Shown here in pieces: positions 1 through 10,901 of a DNA stretch of 64,000 bases. Where the stretch lies: the NCBI GenBank assembly GCA_033763455.1, contig JANRKO010000019.1:1-64000 (forward strand), written 5' to 3'. The position numbers were made by a program, and so were the translations under genes. Origin of the DNA: Polyangiaceae bacterium (GTDB lineage: Bacteria > Myxococcota_A > Polyangia > Polyangiales > Polyangiaceae). The notes beneath the pieces are model-generated. The model worked only from the letters and a program-made list of their open reading frames with translations. It was not told the DNA's origin and searched no databases. The first letter of the stretch is position 1. Every line of letters begins with the position of its first letter.

Positions 1-82
1 AATATGGTTTTACGCCTAACCCCGACGAACGCATTTCTTCCAAAATCCGCTGCCGCTCCTCATTCGTGTATTCTTTTCGCAT
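1..82 (-). CDS. N-terminus of a probable transposase-associated HTH protein (IS66 TnpA / IS3 OrfA-like), runs off the window
   Basis: Manual translation from ATG at 82: MRKEYTNEERQRILEEMRSSGLGVKPY; resembles IS HTH N-termini; only 27 codons visible. Confidence 0.35.
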   Translation of the reverse strand, partial: MRKEYTNEERQRILEEMRSSGLGVKPY

Positions 83-288
83 CCGTCACGGTTGCCACAT
101 CGACCTGGCCTTCCGAAAGGTGGGCTACATGCATCGGATACGGAGCATCACGCTGGATGCGTTCGAGCGTTCGAGTGTTCGAGCAATCGGCGCTATGCAC
201 AGGGGTGCGTGATAGCCGCCTCAGCAACGAAGGACGCATTTGAGCAACAAATCGATCCAGGTCCGCGTGGATAGATTCTTGCAGTCCC

Positions 289-1239
289 CTATTGGATTGG
301 CGGGCTGCGCGTGGCGTCCAGGACCGAAGCCGCGGGCCAATGGGCAGGACTTGGCGCCTGCGGAACATTCTCGCTGGTACGCGGTTCGTTTGGCGAGAGC
401 GGGCGCTTCTTCTTGCTCGCTACCTTCCGGACAGGCAGCGTCGCAGGTTTCGGTCGTACTTGGTCTACACAAGTGGCCTGAACGACCTCGCTAGGGACTG
501 CAGCTCTGAATCGTGCGGAGAACTTCGTTCTGTAGTCTTCAAGCGAGTCCGCGTTGACCGGCGACATATCGAATTGCATGCGAATGTTATCGGCCAAGCA
601 ACGGCAATACGCGTCTGCCAGCTCAGGGGCCTTTTGCGAAGCTGTGCGCACGCAGCTGGCCGCGAACGCCCCCAACTCTGTGTCTAGCAAGGGCGCGATG
701 TCGAGGGCCGCCAACTCCCGTTCCGTCTTCTTCTTCCTCTCATCCTCTGCTCGCGACTGCACCCAAAGGTAAGCCCCCGCGAATGCCGCCAGGCCCACGA
801 GCCCTGATAGGCACTTCACCACAACGCCGGGGTGGCGCTTCACCGCCCAAATCAATCCCCAACCGCCGATTAGCAGAGCAACACCCCATGGGAAATATAC
901 GAGAAGAGCGACGCAAGCCGCAGCCCAAAGGATTCTTCTAAATAGTCGGTTGGAGACCTCTTCAGCCAGCCCTTGGGACACAACGGGGTTTGGCTCCTCC
1001 GGCTTAGATTGGGGTCTGAGCTTCTCGGCACGAATGCGCTTGCGTTGGCGATCGTACTCGGCACGGCGTTCGGGGTCCTTGAGTACCTCGTACGCGCCAT
1101 TGAGTTCTTTCATCCTCGCGGTAGCGTCGGGAGAGGGATCCTTGTCGGGATGGTACTTCGACGCGAGCCTGCGGTAGGCGGCCTCAATCACCTCGCGTTC
1201 GGCGCTAGGATCAACTTGGAGGATCTTGTAGGCGTTCAC
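289..1239 (-). CDS. DnaJ (J-domain) membrane protein
   Basis: N-terminal J domain with HPD motif (YHPDKDP, AYEVLKDPERRAEYD), then TM helices and a Cys-containing C-terminal domain. Confidence 0.85.
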   Translation of the reverse strand: MNAYKILQVDPSAEREVIEAAYRRLASKYHPDKDPSPDATARMKELNGAYEVLKDPERRAEYDRQRKRIRAEKLRPQSKPEEPNPVVSQGLAEEVSNRLFRRILWAAACVALLVYFPWGVALLIGGWGLIWAVKRHPGVVVKCLSGLVGLAAFAGAYLWVQSRAEDERKKKTERELAALDIAPLLDTELGAFAASCVRTASQKAPELADAYCRCLADNIRMQFDMSPVNADSLEDYRTKFSARFRAAVPSEVVQATCVDQVRPKPATLPVRKVASKKKRPLSPNEPRTSENVPQAPSPAHWPAASVLDATRSPPIQ

Positions 1240-1499
1240 GGGAAGATTCTAGGGTCGCATATACCGGCCTCTGAGGATCGAAGATAGTGCCCATTCTTGG
1301 TAAGAGTCCCGGCAGAGAGCCTGGACCCGACAACGGTGGCCCCGCAGAGATAGAAACGCCCCGAGACGTTCGACACGTCCGGGGCGAGGATGGGCCCTGT
1401 GGCGACCCGACGGAAGAAACCTGCAGCAAAGCGCGCGAATGGCAGGCCGGTTTAGCGGGTGCATCCCGACTCACCCGGGTGGGCTGTGTGCGAGCACAC

Positions 1500-1590
1500 G
1501 CTGCGCAGACCCCGTGGGTGAGCATTGGGGACCTGCCACGGTTTGAGCTTGCCGCGGTGGTAGCTTGGCTTCGGGACCGTGAGGCGCCGG
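1500..1590 (+). pseudogene. Excisionase/AlpA-like HTH remnant
   Basis: Within ORF 1287..1658: PWVSIGDLPRFELAAVVAWLRDR matches the Xis-type wing pattern P..R.G...RF....V..WL; N-terminal part appears lost. Confidence 0.4.
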
Positions 1591-1726
1591 CCCGCCTAGC
1601 CGGAGGGCAGCGGTCGGAAATGGCAGAAAAGAAGCCACTTCGGGGCGCCACGGGCTGAGTGTACGCACGGGAGTTTGGGCGGTGAGCTGTAAGTGCGCGG
1701 AACTACTAGCAGCGTTGGAATCGATA

Positions 1727-2227
1727 TCAGAGTCGGGTGACGGGCGACGGGACAAAGGCGTCTAGGTTCACACAGCCGTAGTGTATTGTTGCGGTGCCCA
1801 TCCCAAGGCTGTTCGGGTCGTCCGCGGTTCTCTGCATCACGACACCCCCGGATGGGTTGAGAATTCGGAGCGAGGTTGGCGTAACAGTGTAGGCCACCGT
1901 TTCCGGGTCATGGTTCCGATCCGATTGCAGACATGATGCGAGGGTGGGCGCGAAGTCGATAACCTCGCCGTCGGTCGAGAATATTCCTCCTTCCGCCTCA
2001 ACCGCCCAACTGCCGTCCCTGAGCTCACAAATCTTATCAAGTTCGTATTGGTTGTCTAAGTTGAAGCTCGCTCCAATGAGACATCCCGACATACTGGTAA
2101 GCGGAGCAAACCACTTGCCTATCAACGCCTCCCGCGGGTCGTCCTGGCCGCCCCCGTTGCCGACCGAACTGCCACTCCCACACGCAGTCAACATCACCGC
2201 AGCGACCAACATCCCCATTCTTTTCAT
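1727..2227 (-). CDS. Hypothetical lipoprotein
   Basis: Start moved to MKRMGMLVAAVMLTAC (lipobox LTAC) followed by a Gly/Ser linker. Confidence 0.7.
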   Translation of the reverse strand: MKRMGMLVAAVMLTACGSGSSVGNGGGQDDPREALIGKWFAPLTSMSGCLIGASFNLDNQYELDKICELRDGSWAVEAEGGIFSTDGEVIDFAPTLASCLQSDRNHDPETVAYTVTPTSLRILNPSGGVVMQRTADDPNSLGMGTATIHYGCVNLDAFVPSPVTRL

Positions 2228-2382
2228 TGAAGCCTCCAACAGATCAGGCTCGCATTGGAGCGAGTCGGAGTCAACCTTTCGGCCAAGACCTACGCCCCAA
2301 GTCAACTGCTGACCCCCACCAAGTAGAGTCACGCGTTCACGTTCCGGCGAGACCTGCGACGCAAGCTCACCGCCCGCGAACG

Positions 2383-2640
2383 CGAGATTTCGACGAGAGC
2401 GCTTACACGCTGCCTGTGGACTTCCACAGGTGGCGCCGGGCGTTCACTCAAGCGCTAGCCGATGCGGATGTGAACATCCAGCAGGCAACGGCCCTTGCCG
2501 CCCGCGCTGCCCTTGCCGCCCATGGCCGCTACTTGGCGAGCTCCGGCCGCATGAGCAAGTTGCCCGAAGCGGCGCTGCCGGCAATTAAGGCACAGCCCGT
2601 GCCTAAACTCGGGAAGCTCCCCCAATCCGAAACATCGAAT
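2383..2640 (+). pseudogene. C-terminal remnant of a tyrosine recombinase/integrase
   Basis: LPVDFHRWRRAFTQALADADVNIQQATALAARAALAAHGRY: HxxR box and catalytic Tyr region; no N-terminal domains; points at the 3' end of tRNA-Pro. Confidence 0.6.
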
Positions 2641-2656
2641 CAGCAAGAATTAAGGG

Positions 2657-2730
2657 TCGGGGTGAGTGGATTTGAACCACCAACAACCGGCACCCAAAGC
2701 CGGTCCTCTACCAGGTTGAGGTACACCCCG
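2657..2730 (-). tRNA. tRNA-Pro(TGG)
   Basis: Cloverleaf: CGGGGTG acceptor stem, anticodon arm CCGGC-TTTGGGT-GCCGG, GGTTCAAATCC T-loop; CCA not encoded (CCC follows). Confidence 0.93.
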
Positions 2731-2786
2731 AAAATCGGGAGGGCGATTTCTACTGGCACGCGGGGGGCAGCGCAAGGGGTGAAAGT

Positions 2787-3109
2787 TCAGTCGGGGATGG
2801 GCGTAAGCTCAACATCCAAGAAAATTGGCTCGCGATCGGAGACCACGAGCTGATCCCAAGGGAAATATCCTGATTTTGTGACACTTACGCGGTGCTCACC
2901 CTGAGGCAGGCGAACACCGTGCGCCGCAACGTAGCCGAGAGGGCCGATGTATTCTTCGTCGATGACGACAGACGCGTCAGCTGGAGTGTGAGCTGTGCTC
3001 CGAAGCTTCAAATCCACGGCGGGGCGCAGGGTGGGGCCACAAGCAAAAAGCAGCCCCGCACATGCCAAACAGGCAGCGCTTCGCCTGAGGTAGCGCGGGG
3101 AAAATAGCA
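2787..3109 (-). CDS. PEGA-domain lipoprotein
   Basis: Lipobox LFAC; TPADASVVIDEEYIG...GEHRVSVTKSGY PEGA pattern; GTG start just after guaA stop (approximate). Confidence 0.75.
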
Positions 3110-3114
3110 CGCTC

Positions 3115-4665
3115 TTATTCCCACTCAATGGTGGCGGGAGGCTTCGAACTGATGTCGTAGGCCACGCGGTTAATGCCACGAACTTCGTTGATGATACGCG
3201 AACTGATGGTGGCGAGCACTTCATGGGGAATTCTAGCCCAATCCGCCGTCATTCCGTCCGTTGAGGTGACGGCGCGCACCACGCAGGTTTCTTCGTAAGT
3301 TCTGTCGTCACCCATTACGCCAACGCTTCGTACTGGCAAAAGTACGCCGAATACCTGCCAAATGGATTCGTAGAGGCCCGCCGCACGGATCTCTTCGTCG
3401 ATGATGACCTCGGCCTGCCGGAGCACCTGCAAGCGCTCGTGGGTCACCTCGCCCAGGCAGCGCACCGCAAGCCCGGGGCCGGGGAAGGGATGGCGCCACA
3501 ATACGTCGTGGGGCATGCCCATGGCTTCACCCACAGCTCGCACTTCGTCCTTGAAGAGCTCACGGAGGGGTTCGATGAGCTTGAGCTTCATTTTCTCGGG
3601 CAGGCCGCCGACGTTGTGGTGGCTTTTGATCACGGCGCTTGGTCCTTTAACGCTCACGCTCTCGATGACGTCGGGGTAAAGAGTTCCTTGAACCAGGTAA
3701 GCGGCGTTCTGGATGTCACGGGCATGTTCGTCGAACACTTCGATGAAGACGCGCCCAATAATCTTTCGTTTCTTTTCGGGGTCCGTAACGCCAGCCAAAG
3801 CTGTGAGGAATTGTTCACGGGCATCTACGGCCCGGAGGTTCACCTTGAAGCTCTCTTTGATGGTGTGGCTTACGGTCTCGAACTCGGAGGCTCGCAGCAA
3901 ACCATTGTCTACAAAGATACAAATGAGGCGGTCGCCCAGCGCTCGGTGGCACAATACAGCCGCTACTGCCGAATCTACGCCGCCGCTCAGGCCGCAGATC
4001 ACGCGTTCGTTCGGGCCCACTTGCGCCTGAATACGCGCGATGGCGTCGTCCACGAAGGAGCCTGGGGTCCAATCGGGTTTGAGCCCCGCGACCTCGAACA
4101 GAAACGAGCGGAGGAGTTCCACGCCGCGGGGCGTGTGCGCGACCTCAGGGTGAAACTGAATTCCGAAGATCTTCCGTTCAAGATTGGCTATGGCCGCGAA
4201 CGGGGCGTTGTCGCTCTCGCCGATAACCTGAAACCCAGGTGGGAGCGCGGTTAGGCGATCGCCGTGACTCATCCAAACGCCTAGTTGTTCGTCTCTTTGA
4301 AAAGGCGAAAGGATGCCAACGGGTTCAAAAACGCGCAGCTTGGCGGGGCCGTATTCGCGCTGTTCGCTCGGCTCTACCTTGCCGCCGAGCTGCTGGCTTA
4401 AAAGCTGCTGGCCGTAGCAGATGCCGAGCACGGGAATACCCATATCGAATAGGCCGGGATCGCTCTTTGGGCTGTCTTTGCCGTAAACACTCTGCGGCCC
4501 ACCGCTTAAAATGATGGCACTTGGCGCCAAGCTCTTCAGCTTCTCTAGGCTTATCGTGCACGGGTGGATCTCAGAATATACGTGGCACTCACGGACACGC
4601 CTCGCGATGAGCTGTGTGTACTGAGAACCGTAGTCCAAGATGATGACGGATTGGCGCGAACTCAT
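3115..4665 (-). CDS. guaA: GMP synthase (glutamine-hydrolysing)
   Basis: [51 protein letters not shown]. Confidence 0.98.
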   Translation of the reverse strand: MSSRQSVIILDYGSQYTQLIARRVRECHVYSEIHPCTISLEKLKSLAPSAIILSGGPQSVYGKDSPKSDPGLFDMGIPVLGICYGQQLLSQQLGGKVEPSEQREYGPAKLRVFEPVGILSPFQRDEQLGVWMSHGDRLTALPPGFQVIGESDNAPFAAIANLERKIFGIQFHPEVAHTPRGVELLRSFLFEVAGLKPDWTPGSFVDDAIARIQAQVGPNERVICGLSGGVDSAVAAVLCHRALGDRLICIFVDNGLLRASEFETVSHTIKESFKVNLRAVDAREQFLTALAGVTDPEKKRKIIGRVFIEVFDEHARDIQNAAYLVQGTLYPDVIESVSVKGPSAVIKSHHNVGGLPEKMKLKLIEPLRELFKDEVRAVGEAMGMPHDVLWRHPFPGPGLAVRCLGEVTHERLQVLRQAEVIIDEEIRAAGLYESIWQVFGVLLPVRSVGVMGDDRTYEETCVVRAVTSTDGMTADWARIPHEVLATISSRIINEVRGINRVAYDISSKPPATIEWE

Positions 4666-4727
4666 GATGGGCGAGCTACCACGTTTGCGCGTTTGCGGGG
4701 AACGCTCCTGCACGGTGCGAGGCCGTT

Positions 4728-7073
4728 CTATGGGTTTTTTGCCGGCGGGAGGGCTACCATTTGCCGCTCGGGACCGAGCCCTCTGAGCGCGGTCTGTAGG
4801 TCCCCGAGGTTCGCTGCGCGCGCTCCTCGCTCCGCCCAGAGCTCTGCGATTCTCACCCGGGGATCGAGGCGCCGCATTTGGTCGAGCGCTTCAGCGCGCT
4901 GCTGAGCCCACTCAAGATCTCTGGCCGATGCGCCTCCCTCGGCCATGTTTTCAAGCGACGCGCGCACTCTGGCAACGGCTCGAATGAGCTCAGCTTCGGG
5001 TGCAGTGACCCTCACCACGATTGAAGTACCTGTGGGATTCTCAAACAACTCAGCTTCCGCTTTGGACCCGTCGACGTCCGACTCAAAAGTTCGAGCTAGC
5101 CCGCGATTGATCAACACGCTCACAAGCCTTACCCCCGCGTCCAGCTGAGGGGCGAACGGGACCAACACGTACGCAGGTTCCCCAACGCCGATACCTAACA
5201 TTCGGTGCTCTCCGAAGTCCCAATTGGGTGCCTCAGGGCCTTCACACTTCAGTGGGTCGCTTGCGTACGGCGAGGCCCACTCATCGAAAGTGTTCACTGC
5301 CGTTTGTCCCTGCGATGGATCCAGATTGCTGAGAGTTGCGATGCGAAGCGGGCCTGCCAGGAATAGCGAGCGGTGCCGTGCCACGGGTCCGAGCGCGAGA
5401 TCGCTTAAGATTTCAGGTGTGGTGTGCCCGCTCAGGCGCCAAGGTTGGCCCGCGCTGAGCTCATCGAGCATCCACCAGAACCCGGCCGGGTTCGAACGCC
5501 GCAATCCGGAGAGCAACCGTGAGCGCGCGATCCTCACGACCTCAGCGTTGAGCTGGGTGGCGGCCAAGACTCTGCCGAGGCTCGCTGCGACCCGAGACGC
5601 CAAGCTTTCGTGGCTTTCGCGTGGATTGCGCCGTCGCGCGTGGCCCAGTAAGCCGAGCCCAGTTGTCGAGATCCAAGGCTCGACGGTAACGCCATTCAGG
5701 TTCGGAACTTGGCTCGTGAGTGTTCGCAGCCAGAGTGCCTCGGCTGCAGCGTTGGCGGCGCTTTTTGGCCTTTCGCTGCATGGGCTGCCCACCAACATCC
5801 AGAACTCCGGCTGACCCAGCTCAACCCGGTTGCGGAGTTCCAGACGTGTAGCGGTGGGCCTTGCCTGGAGCCGCTCAAGCAGAGCATCGAGCGGGTATTC
5901 CTGTGGAACCGGAGGAGTGAAGCGGGAGGCGGTGACTTCAAGAACAGCGGCCATGCCGGCGTCCGAAGGTGGGCTCGCTTCGGTGACCAGTCGCCAGGCG
6001 GCGGCGCTGGCGATTTCTCGTGGATCATCGGGCTCAGGTGGTGTGCTCTCCCATGGAGAATCGGAGTCGTGCGGTTGCCTGGCGAAGTCGGAGAACGACT
6101 CGTAGAGTGCTCGTAACGCGAAGGCAGCCTGATCCATCGACACGAATTCAGGTGTTAACCAATTGACCAATAGGCAGGCGCCACCGGGCACCGGACGGAT
6201 CGACACGGGGCCCAGTTCCCAGCTCGCTGGGAGCCCTGCCAGGCGCGCCGTGAGTGCTCCGCGGCCATCGAGCATCCCTTCTTCCACCGCGGATACGGCA
6301 CCGAGCTGGGGCGCGAACCAGGCGACTCGGAGCCGCGAGCCGCGGGCACCAGAGGGCAGCACCGTGAGTGCCCGTTCCGCACGAATAGCCGGAACAACCT
6401 CGGTGGATCGTGCAGGCAGCGCCTTCACCGCCATGCGCACCGCATCCACGATCTCAGCCGAGCCCACTGCCGCAAACGCAGACGGTTGTTTGAGGACACG
6501 GTCGCGCAAGAGCGCAACCTCGCTGTCGGTGAGGGGTTGGCTCGCGTGGCCTTTGCTGACGTAAGGCTCACCTGCGCACTGTGCGACAGAAGCCGCGGCT
6601 GTATTCGCCGTGATTTGGGGGACACTCGAGAGCAGCTCTGTAAGAACCTCTGGCTGGAACCACGGGGAGACACCTGGTTCGCGAAGTGAAGAGTCGACGA
6701 AAGTTACAAAACGAGTCGCTTCGATCCCAGAGGAGACCAGCGCCTCGATCCTGAGTTCGGAACCACTCTTGAACACCCGGACGCGCGGTAACCCCTCTCG
6801 TCTCGTGCGCTGCTCTAGCCAACTTACCAATGCGCTTGCTTGAATGGCATCCAACCCGTGCCCGACTACGAAACTGACCGCCGACAGGGGGTCCCCTTGG
6901 CGCTCAATCACGTACAGAGATGGGCGGTCCTGAAAGCGATGAGTCTCTTGCGAGAAAAGGCCCGGCTCGGACACAATCGAGCCGGGCGTTGGCGCGCGGC
7001 AACCTGAGAGGGCCAGGGCCAATGTGGCGATGCATTGCCGGAATCGGCCGGACGTGTGGGAGCCCAATGGCAC
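4728..7073 (-). CDS. Large hypothetical lipoprotein, possibly non-catalytic M16 peptidase-like fold
   Basis: 781-aa ORF, lipobox LSGC; no HxxEH motif; fold guess is weak. Confidence 0.6.
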   Translation of the reverse strand: MPLGSHTSGRFRQCIATLALALSGCRAPTPGSIVSEPGLFSQETHRFQDRPSLYVIERQGDPLSAVSFVVGHGLDAIQASALVSWLEQRTRREGLPRVRVFKSGSELRIEALVSSGIEATRFVTFVDSSLREPGVSPWFQPEVLTELLSSVPQITANTAAASVAQCAGEPYVSKGHASQPLTDSEVALLRDRVLKQPSAFAAVGSAEIVDAVRMAVKALPARSTEVVPAIRAERALTVLPSGARGSRLRVAWFAPQLGAVSAVEEGMLDGRGALTARLAGLPASWELGPVSIRPVPGGACLLVNWLTPEFVSMDQAAFALRALYESFSDFARQPHDSDSPWESTPPEPDDPREIASAAAWRLVTEASPPSDAGMAAVLEVTASRFTPPVPQEYPLDALLERLQARPTATRLELRNRVELGQPEFWMLVGSPCSERPKSAANAAAEALWLRTLTSQVPNLNGVTVEPWISTTGLGLLGHARRRNPRESHESLASRVAASLGRVLAATQLNAEVVRIARSRLLSGLRRSNPAGFWWMLDELSAGQPWRLSGHTTPEILSDLALGPVARHRSLFLAGPLRIATLSNLDPSQGQTAVNTFDEWASPYASDPLKCEGPEAPNWDFGEHRMLGIGVGEPAYVLVPFAPQLDAGVRLVSVLINRGLARTFESDVDGSKAEAELFENPTGTSIVVRVTAPEAELIRAVARVRASLENMAEGGASARDLEWAQQRAEALDQMRRLDPRVRIAELWAERGARAANLGDLQTALRGLGPERQMVALPPAKNP

Positions 7074-7144
7074 GTTCGGCTGTCTACCACAAAGGGCCCC
7101 GCGTCGAGGCTTTTCCAGCTGTGTGGACCCAGCTCACAGTGCGT

Positions 7145-7792
7145 TTAGGCTGCCATTTGCTGTTCTGCCAGCAGGCCTTCCAACCGACCACGGATCTTGT
7201 GCTTCTTGGAGTAGACGGTCTTGATATTGATGCCCATCTTCTCGGCGACGGCCTCCGGGCTCAGCCCCTCGCCGAAATAGAGCAGGATGAACTCGCGATC
7301 TTTGTCGCTGAATCCAGAGAGCAGAGCCGTCACATCAGCAGCCTGCCGACGCCACACCGCAACTTCGCACGGGTCTGGGCGTTCACAACAAACGTGCATC
7401 GCTTCGGTCAACTCGGAGCGTTTCGGTTCTCGACGAATGCTTCGCAAAAAGTCGTACGCTGCGTGGTTCGCGAGCATTCCGAGCCAACTTCCGAGCTTGT
7501 TGCCCCGGGTGGCATCAAACGACCGAAGCTTGTGTTTGTCGTTCGCCAAGATCTGAACGCAGAATGTAGCGTACACTTCGCTGATATCGTCTTCTGAGAC
7601 AACGCCGCGGAAGCGATGAACGATTTTCGAAATGCAGCTGTAGATCAGGCGTGAATAGCGAACGTTGAACTCACGCCATGCCCGGGCGTCGTCTGCGAGC
7701 ATTCCCCGAAGGAGTACTTCCTCGCCGGCGCTCGAATAGTCCGGTGCGGGAACAATGTGGGAGATGGTGCTAAGTGGGCGAGAGTCTGACAT
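7145..7792 (-). CDS. ECF-type sigma-70 factor
   Basis: Region 2 (AWREFNVRYSRLIYSCI...WLGMLANHAAYDFLR) and region 4 HTH (LSPEAVAEKMGINIKTVYSKKHKIR). Confidence 0.92.
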   Translation of the reverse strand: MSDSRPLSTISHIVPAPDYSSAGEEVLLRGMLADDARAWREFNVRYSRLIYSCISKIVHRFRGVVSEDDISEVYATFCVQILANDKHKLRSFDATRGNKLGSWLGMLANHAAYDFLRSIRREPKRSELTEAMHVCCERPDPCEVAVWRRQAADVTALLSGFSDKDREFILLYFGEGLSPEAVAEKMGINIKTVYSKKHKIRGRLEGLLAEQQMAA

Positions 7793-7842
7793 ACGGTTAA
7801 GCTCCTTGATGGTCCGCGTTTATCCGCTGACGGGAGCTCTTA

Positions 7843-7858
7843 AGCAGGGGGTATGCCA
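7843..7858 (-). promoter_or_regulatory. Putative sigma-54 (-24/-12) promoter of the ECF sigma gene
   Basis: Minus strand TGGCATACCCCCTGCT has exact GG-N10-GC spacing, about 50 nt upstream of the ATG. Confidence 0.6.
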
Positions 7859-7893
7859 GTCTCTAAGTGGTTGAAAATACTTGTGTATGAGGC

Positions 7894-7948
7894 GTAACAC
7901 CCGCCGGGTATCTCGACTGTTACGCGTAACACGCCCCCAAAGTGTTAC
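7894..7948. promoter_or_regulatory. Candidate activator-binding sites (GTAACA/TGTTAC half-sites x4)
   Basis: GTAACA 7894, TGTTAC 7918, GTAACA 7926, TGTTAC 7943; central palindrome TGTTACGCGTAACA. Confidence 0.5.
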
Positions 7949-8065
7949 GCCCGTCCCACCCGCCGTCCCGCCGCCGAGCGGTGACTCAGATCGAGGTACG
8001 GCGGAGGCGGAGTTTCACTTCCCCGACGACGCTACCAAATATTTCGGGTTAGCCTGTTGGAGATC

Positions 8066-8539
8066 ATGAGCTCGAAATTCAAGGCAACACTGCTCCTCGC
8101 TTGGGCGCTGCTGCGGCTCTTATTTCGGCGAGCGACCCGAGCACATCAGGGGCTTGCACTCTTCCGAGCAAACTTTGACTCCGATGGCCTTCCCCCCGTC
8201 TCTCGTGATGAACGTTCGGCATTTACCAGGTTTAGTGGCTGCATTGCGTGTGGGCTTTGTGACCGTGGCGAGGCTCAACGAGTCCAGGCCTCAGGTGGGG
8301 CTTACCGAGGTGTGATGGCGCTCGTTTTGGCGGCCTCGCGTAGCATGCCGGACTTTCGGGCAGCCGCTTACAGTTTTCACTTCGTTCCGGAAGCGGTTTT
8401 GGCACAAAAGGAACTCATTTGCCCGAGTCGCATTCCGTTTCGAGCGCTGGCCCGCTTCGTCCACGATAAAGCGGCGGAAGTGGGGGGGCCGTTGCCGCTA
8501 CCGGAACGGCTAGTGACCCTTCGACCCCGCTCGCTCTAG
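8066..8539 (+). CDS. Small Fe-S cluster-binding protein
   Basis: CIACGLC motif plus distal CP (ICPSRIPF); N-terminal hydrophobic segment. Confidence 0.65.
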   Translation: MSSKFKATLLLAWALLRLLFRRATRAHQGLALFRANFDSDGLPPVSRDERSAFTRFSGCIACGLCDRGEAQRVQASGGAYRGVMALVLAASRSMPDFRAAAYSFHFVPEAVLAQKELICPSRIPFRALARFVHDKAAEVGGPLPLPERLVTLRPRSL

Positions 8540-8541
8540 GT

Positions 8542-10839
8542 TCAAGCTTTAACCAACGAAAGCCGAGGTGCCGCGCCGAAGGCCGCAAGATGGCCGCTTT
8601 CCTCGGCCACGTACACATCCGAGCGATCGTCGACCCGCACCAGATCAGGAACCAGATCGGTGGGAACGGTTCCCAGCATTTCTCCTGTTTTGGGCTGCAT
8701 CACGTGTACTTGATGTTGGGGTACGAAGAGAACGCCGCTCCGCAGTACGGGCTGCAACCTCCGGGGCTGATCCGCCTCCACCTGGTGGGAAAAGGCGTGA
8801 GAAAAACGCACTGCACCGGTATTGGCGTCTAGCCCCACCAACATGCCGGTGCTGCTATTGGCTATCAGCGTATCGTCGACAGACGTAAAAGCCGTCGTGA
8901 CTGAGCCCAGCCCAGGATCCTGTTCCCAAGCGGCGCTTCCTGTGTCACGCCGGAACGCCTGGGCACCGGTGCCTCGACGATCTCGGGTGGGAACAATAAC
9001 GGTCGTCGAAGTCAGAAGGGGGAGCTGACCGGCAAGAGGGGACGTATTGATCTCTTCAGTCCAGCGTACGGCACCTGACCAAAGATCGAGGTGGTAGATC
9101 TTTGCGGGCCCCACAGGCCCTCCGCAGATCGCGAAGGCCCCATCGCGATCGAGCGCAATGTCTCCGGTAAAGGGGAGCCTTTCGCGCACCCTCCACACGA
9201 CGTCGCCGGTTGTGACATCAAGGGCAAAAAGCGCAGAATCTCCGCCTGAAACTAGGAGCAGTTTTCCCGCGCGCTTCATGCGAAAGTTTGCCGCCCTCCG
9301 CGACGTGTAACGCCAGCAGAGCTCGCCGCTCTGAAGATCCAGCGCACAAATGGAGCGTTCGCCTTCGGCGACAATCAGAAGTTTCGGCAGCCCAGGGGCG
9401 TGAACAACGGCGCCGCTCGGGGTACCGCTGGAGCGCGGCGCAATGAACGTTCCAAAGCGAACATTGCCGGAGTCGAGTTCGTGGAGGCACACGAGCCCAT
9501 CTTGATGCCAACGCACCACGCCGAGCGGAGTGAGCACGGTTACGCCCGGGCGAGTGGCTGCACGCCACATAATGTCTCCGCTTTGCGAGTCGAGGCTGCA
9601 CAATTCGCGTGCGGCACCGACCACTATGCGATCCCCGTGAAGGAATACCGCTCTTAGATCCAACGTCGGGACCGCTGCCACCCAGCGAGCCATGAAGCGC
9701 ATCCTGCCGGTGGCTGTTCCTTGGGGGGAAGCCTTGGGTGTGGCAGGCAGGCCAAAGGCGCGATAATTCTCTGCATTCGCATTGATCAAGGAGTCGTCTG
9801 CTAAAAACTCGGTGAGCTGCTCTTGGAGCCGCTGTGCCTGATTTTGCAGATTCACCAGCCGAAGGTTCTGCGCTTGGCCGGCGTCGGATGCCTGAAAAGC
9901 ATCGACGAGGCTGAGTGCGAACGCAGTGGCAGTTTGCGCGAGCTCCAGAGGGCTGATCTTGGGGAACGTGAGCGCTCCACTCTTGCTGGGCCCGGATACC
10001 GTAAGCCGGAGCGTGTCTTCAATATGTGTCCGTTGGATCCCCAAACGAAGGGGTGCGCAGTCGACTCGACGAAATAGCGGCCGGTGGGAGCGCATGGCGT
10101 CGAAGACATCCTCCCCGAGCAACAAGAAGCACTCGGCGAACAGAAAGGGATACACGCCTGTGAACTCGTAGTCGCGTCGGTGTGCCGTCACGGTAAGAAC
10201 ACCTCGACACAGAAGCGCGTGAAGATCGGTACGCTCAAGCCGTTCGCCCGACGGTGCGCCTTCTCTAGAACGAGGCTGCGGTGCGCGAACCTCAGTCTTG
10301 AGGGACACCCCGAAGTCCGCATTGTCGCGGGCGACGATTTCAACGGGTACCGTGCGGCGTCGTGCACGTCCGGCGAAAGGGCGGGCTCGTCCCAACGTCC
10401 TTCGTGCACTCAGCAACGCTCCCGTTAGACCACGTGGTGCTTCGGCTATGCGCGCCTCATCAAGCAGCTGCGTGAGCACTTCAGTAAAGGCTGCCAGCGT
10501 TACCCGACGTTCGAACATGCCGACTTCAGGAGAACGCCCGGTGGTGTAACTCGACAGCAGTAGATCCTCGCCGTCCACCTCAAGCCCCAACTCCCAGGGT
10601 TGGTCACTTGCATAAAGACGAATACTGCGGCGAAGCGCGCTGCCGGTGCCAAGCGCCATGACCGCTTGGGAGACTTCAGCAAGTACACCGAAGGCGTCTT
10701 TGTCGGTCTGTTCCATCGCCTGGCTATTGCCCTCAAAGAACCAATCCAAGAGGGATCCAAGCGGGCCCGGTGATTTGACGCGGTCGGAGGGGGACGGTTG
10801 TGGGGCTACAACGTGTAGGGCGGTCATCGGTGAGCCCAT
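8542..10839 (-). CDS. PQQ-like beta-propeller repeat protein
   Basis: Repeated ALDxxxGxxxW motifs (SLDSQSGDIMWR, ALDLQSGELCWR, ALDVTTGDVVWR). Confidence 0.85.
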   Translation of the reverse strand: MGSPMTALHVVAPQPSPSDRVKSPGPLGSLLDWFFEGNSQAMEQTDKDAFGVLAEVSQAVMALGTGSALRRSIRLYASDQPWELGLEVDGEDLLLSSYTTGRSPEVGMFERRVTLAAFTEVLTQLLDEARIAEAPRGLTGALLSARRTLGRARPFAGRARRRTVPVEIVARDNADFGVSLKTEVRAPQPRSREGAPSGERLERTDLHALLCRGVLTVTAHRRDYEFTGVYPFLFAECFLLLGEDVFDAMRSHRPLFRRVDCAPLRLGIQRTHIEDTLRLTVSGPSKSGALTFPKISPLELAQTATAFALSLVDAFQASDAGQAQNLRLVNLQNQAQRLQEQLTEFLADDSLINANAENYRAFGLPATPKASPQGTATGRMRFMARWVAAVPTLDLRAVFLHGDRIVVGAARELCSLDSQSGDIMWRAATRPGVTVLTPLGVVRWHQDGLVCLHELDSGNVRFGTFIAPRSSGTPSGAVVHAPGLPKLLIVAEGERSICALDLQSGELCWRYTSRRAANFRMKRAGKLLLVSGGDSALFALDVTTGDVVWRVRERLPFTGDIALDRDGAFAICGGPVGPAKIYHLDLWSGAVRWTEEINTSPLAGQLPLLTSTTVIVPTRDRRGTGAQAFRRDTGSAAWEQDPGLGSVTTAFTSVDDTLIANSSTGMLVGLDANTGAVRFSHAFSHQVEADQPRRLQPVLRSGVLFVPQHQVHVMQPKTGEMLGTVPTDLVPDLVRVDDRSDVYVAEESGHLAAFGAAPRLSLVKA

Positions 10840-10901
10840 GGTATGTAGGTTCTTCTGAGTGCCCCAGTTTTGAGACAGGATTGCTGAGGATTGGACAACT
10901 G

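Noticed and set aside
2227..2853. 208-aa ORF as an intact gene
   Set aside because: Runs antisense through tRNA-Pro; only the middle resembles an integrase fragment
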